DNA from: Octopus sinensis
Lineage: Eukaryota
Assembly (NCBI RefSeq): GCF_006345805.1
Contig: NC_043018.1
Location: forward strand, 15,748,001-15,812,000
DNA length: 64,000 nucleotides
Reading direction: 5' to 3'
The stretch's first letter is position 1; each line of letters begins with the position of its first letter. Below the pieces are notes generated by a model. The model saw nothing but the letters and a program-made list of their open reading frames with translations, did no database searches and was not told the origin of the DNA. Below are positions 63,791 to 64,000 of the stretch, piece after piece. The position numbers and the translations under genes were made by a program.

Positions 63791-64000
63791 TTGTCTGAAC
63801 GTACACACAGAGGCAAACACATAGACACACACACAAATACATACATATATACATACATACAAACATACACACATACATACATACATACATACATACAAAC
63901 ATACACACATACATACATACAAACATGTATGTATATATCTATGCATGTGTGTACATGCGTACATACATATATACATATGCATGTGTGTGTGTATGTATAT

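Overview
AT-rich, microsatellite- and SINE-dense animal DNA. The repeat families look like those of octopus (Octopus sp.); this assignment is inferred from recalled repeat sequences, not from a database search. The one gene I can support firmly is the 5' part of a cytosolic purine 5'-nucleotidase (NT5C2/cN-II, HAD family) on the minus strand. Six GT-AG coding exons (17166-17072, 8573-8500, 7726-7609, 4664-4569, 1795-1707, 916-859) splice in frame to 176 codons, MSAAKPNS...[15 protein letters not shown]...DYEK, and the gene continues off the left edge. CpG content is very low left of about 32.4 kb and rises sharply to the right. This fits a methylated gene body with a promoter near 32.4-33.1 kb. 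The rest is tRNA-derived SINEs, RTE and R4/Dong-like LINE relics, MITEs, non-autonomous Helitrons, a RepHel relic, minisatellites, one 100-N gap and a 3.25-kb palindrome. Nearly all ORFs in the supplied track come from microsatellites or SINEs. I found no prokaryotic system, CRISPR array or intact RNA gene, and I cannot claim a new biological system. The best leads are: inverted SINE pairs and hairpins around NT5C2 exons (possible ADAR or circRNA substrates), the large palindrome (possibly an assembly artefact), an RFX/ERR/NRF1-like motif cluster nested in a SINE, a head-to-tail Helitron dimer, and a weakly supported exon whose UAG is followed by 87 more open codons.
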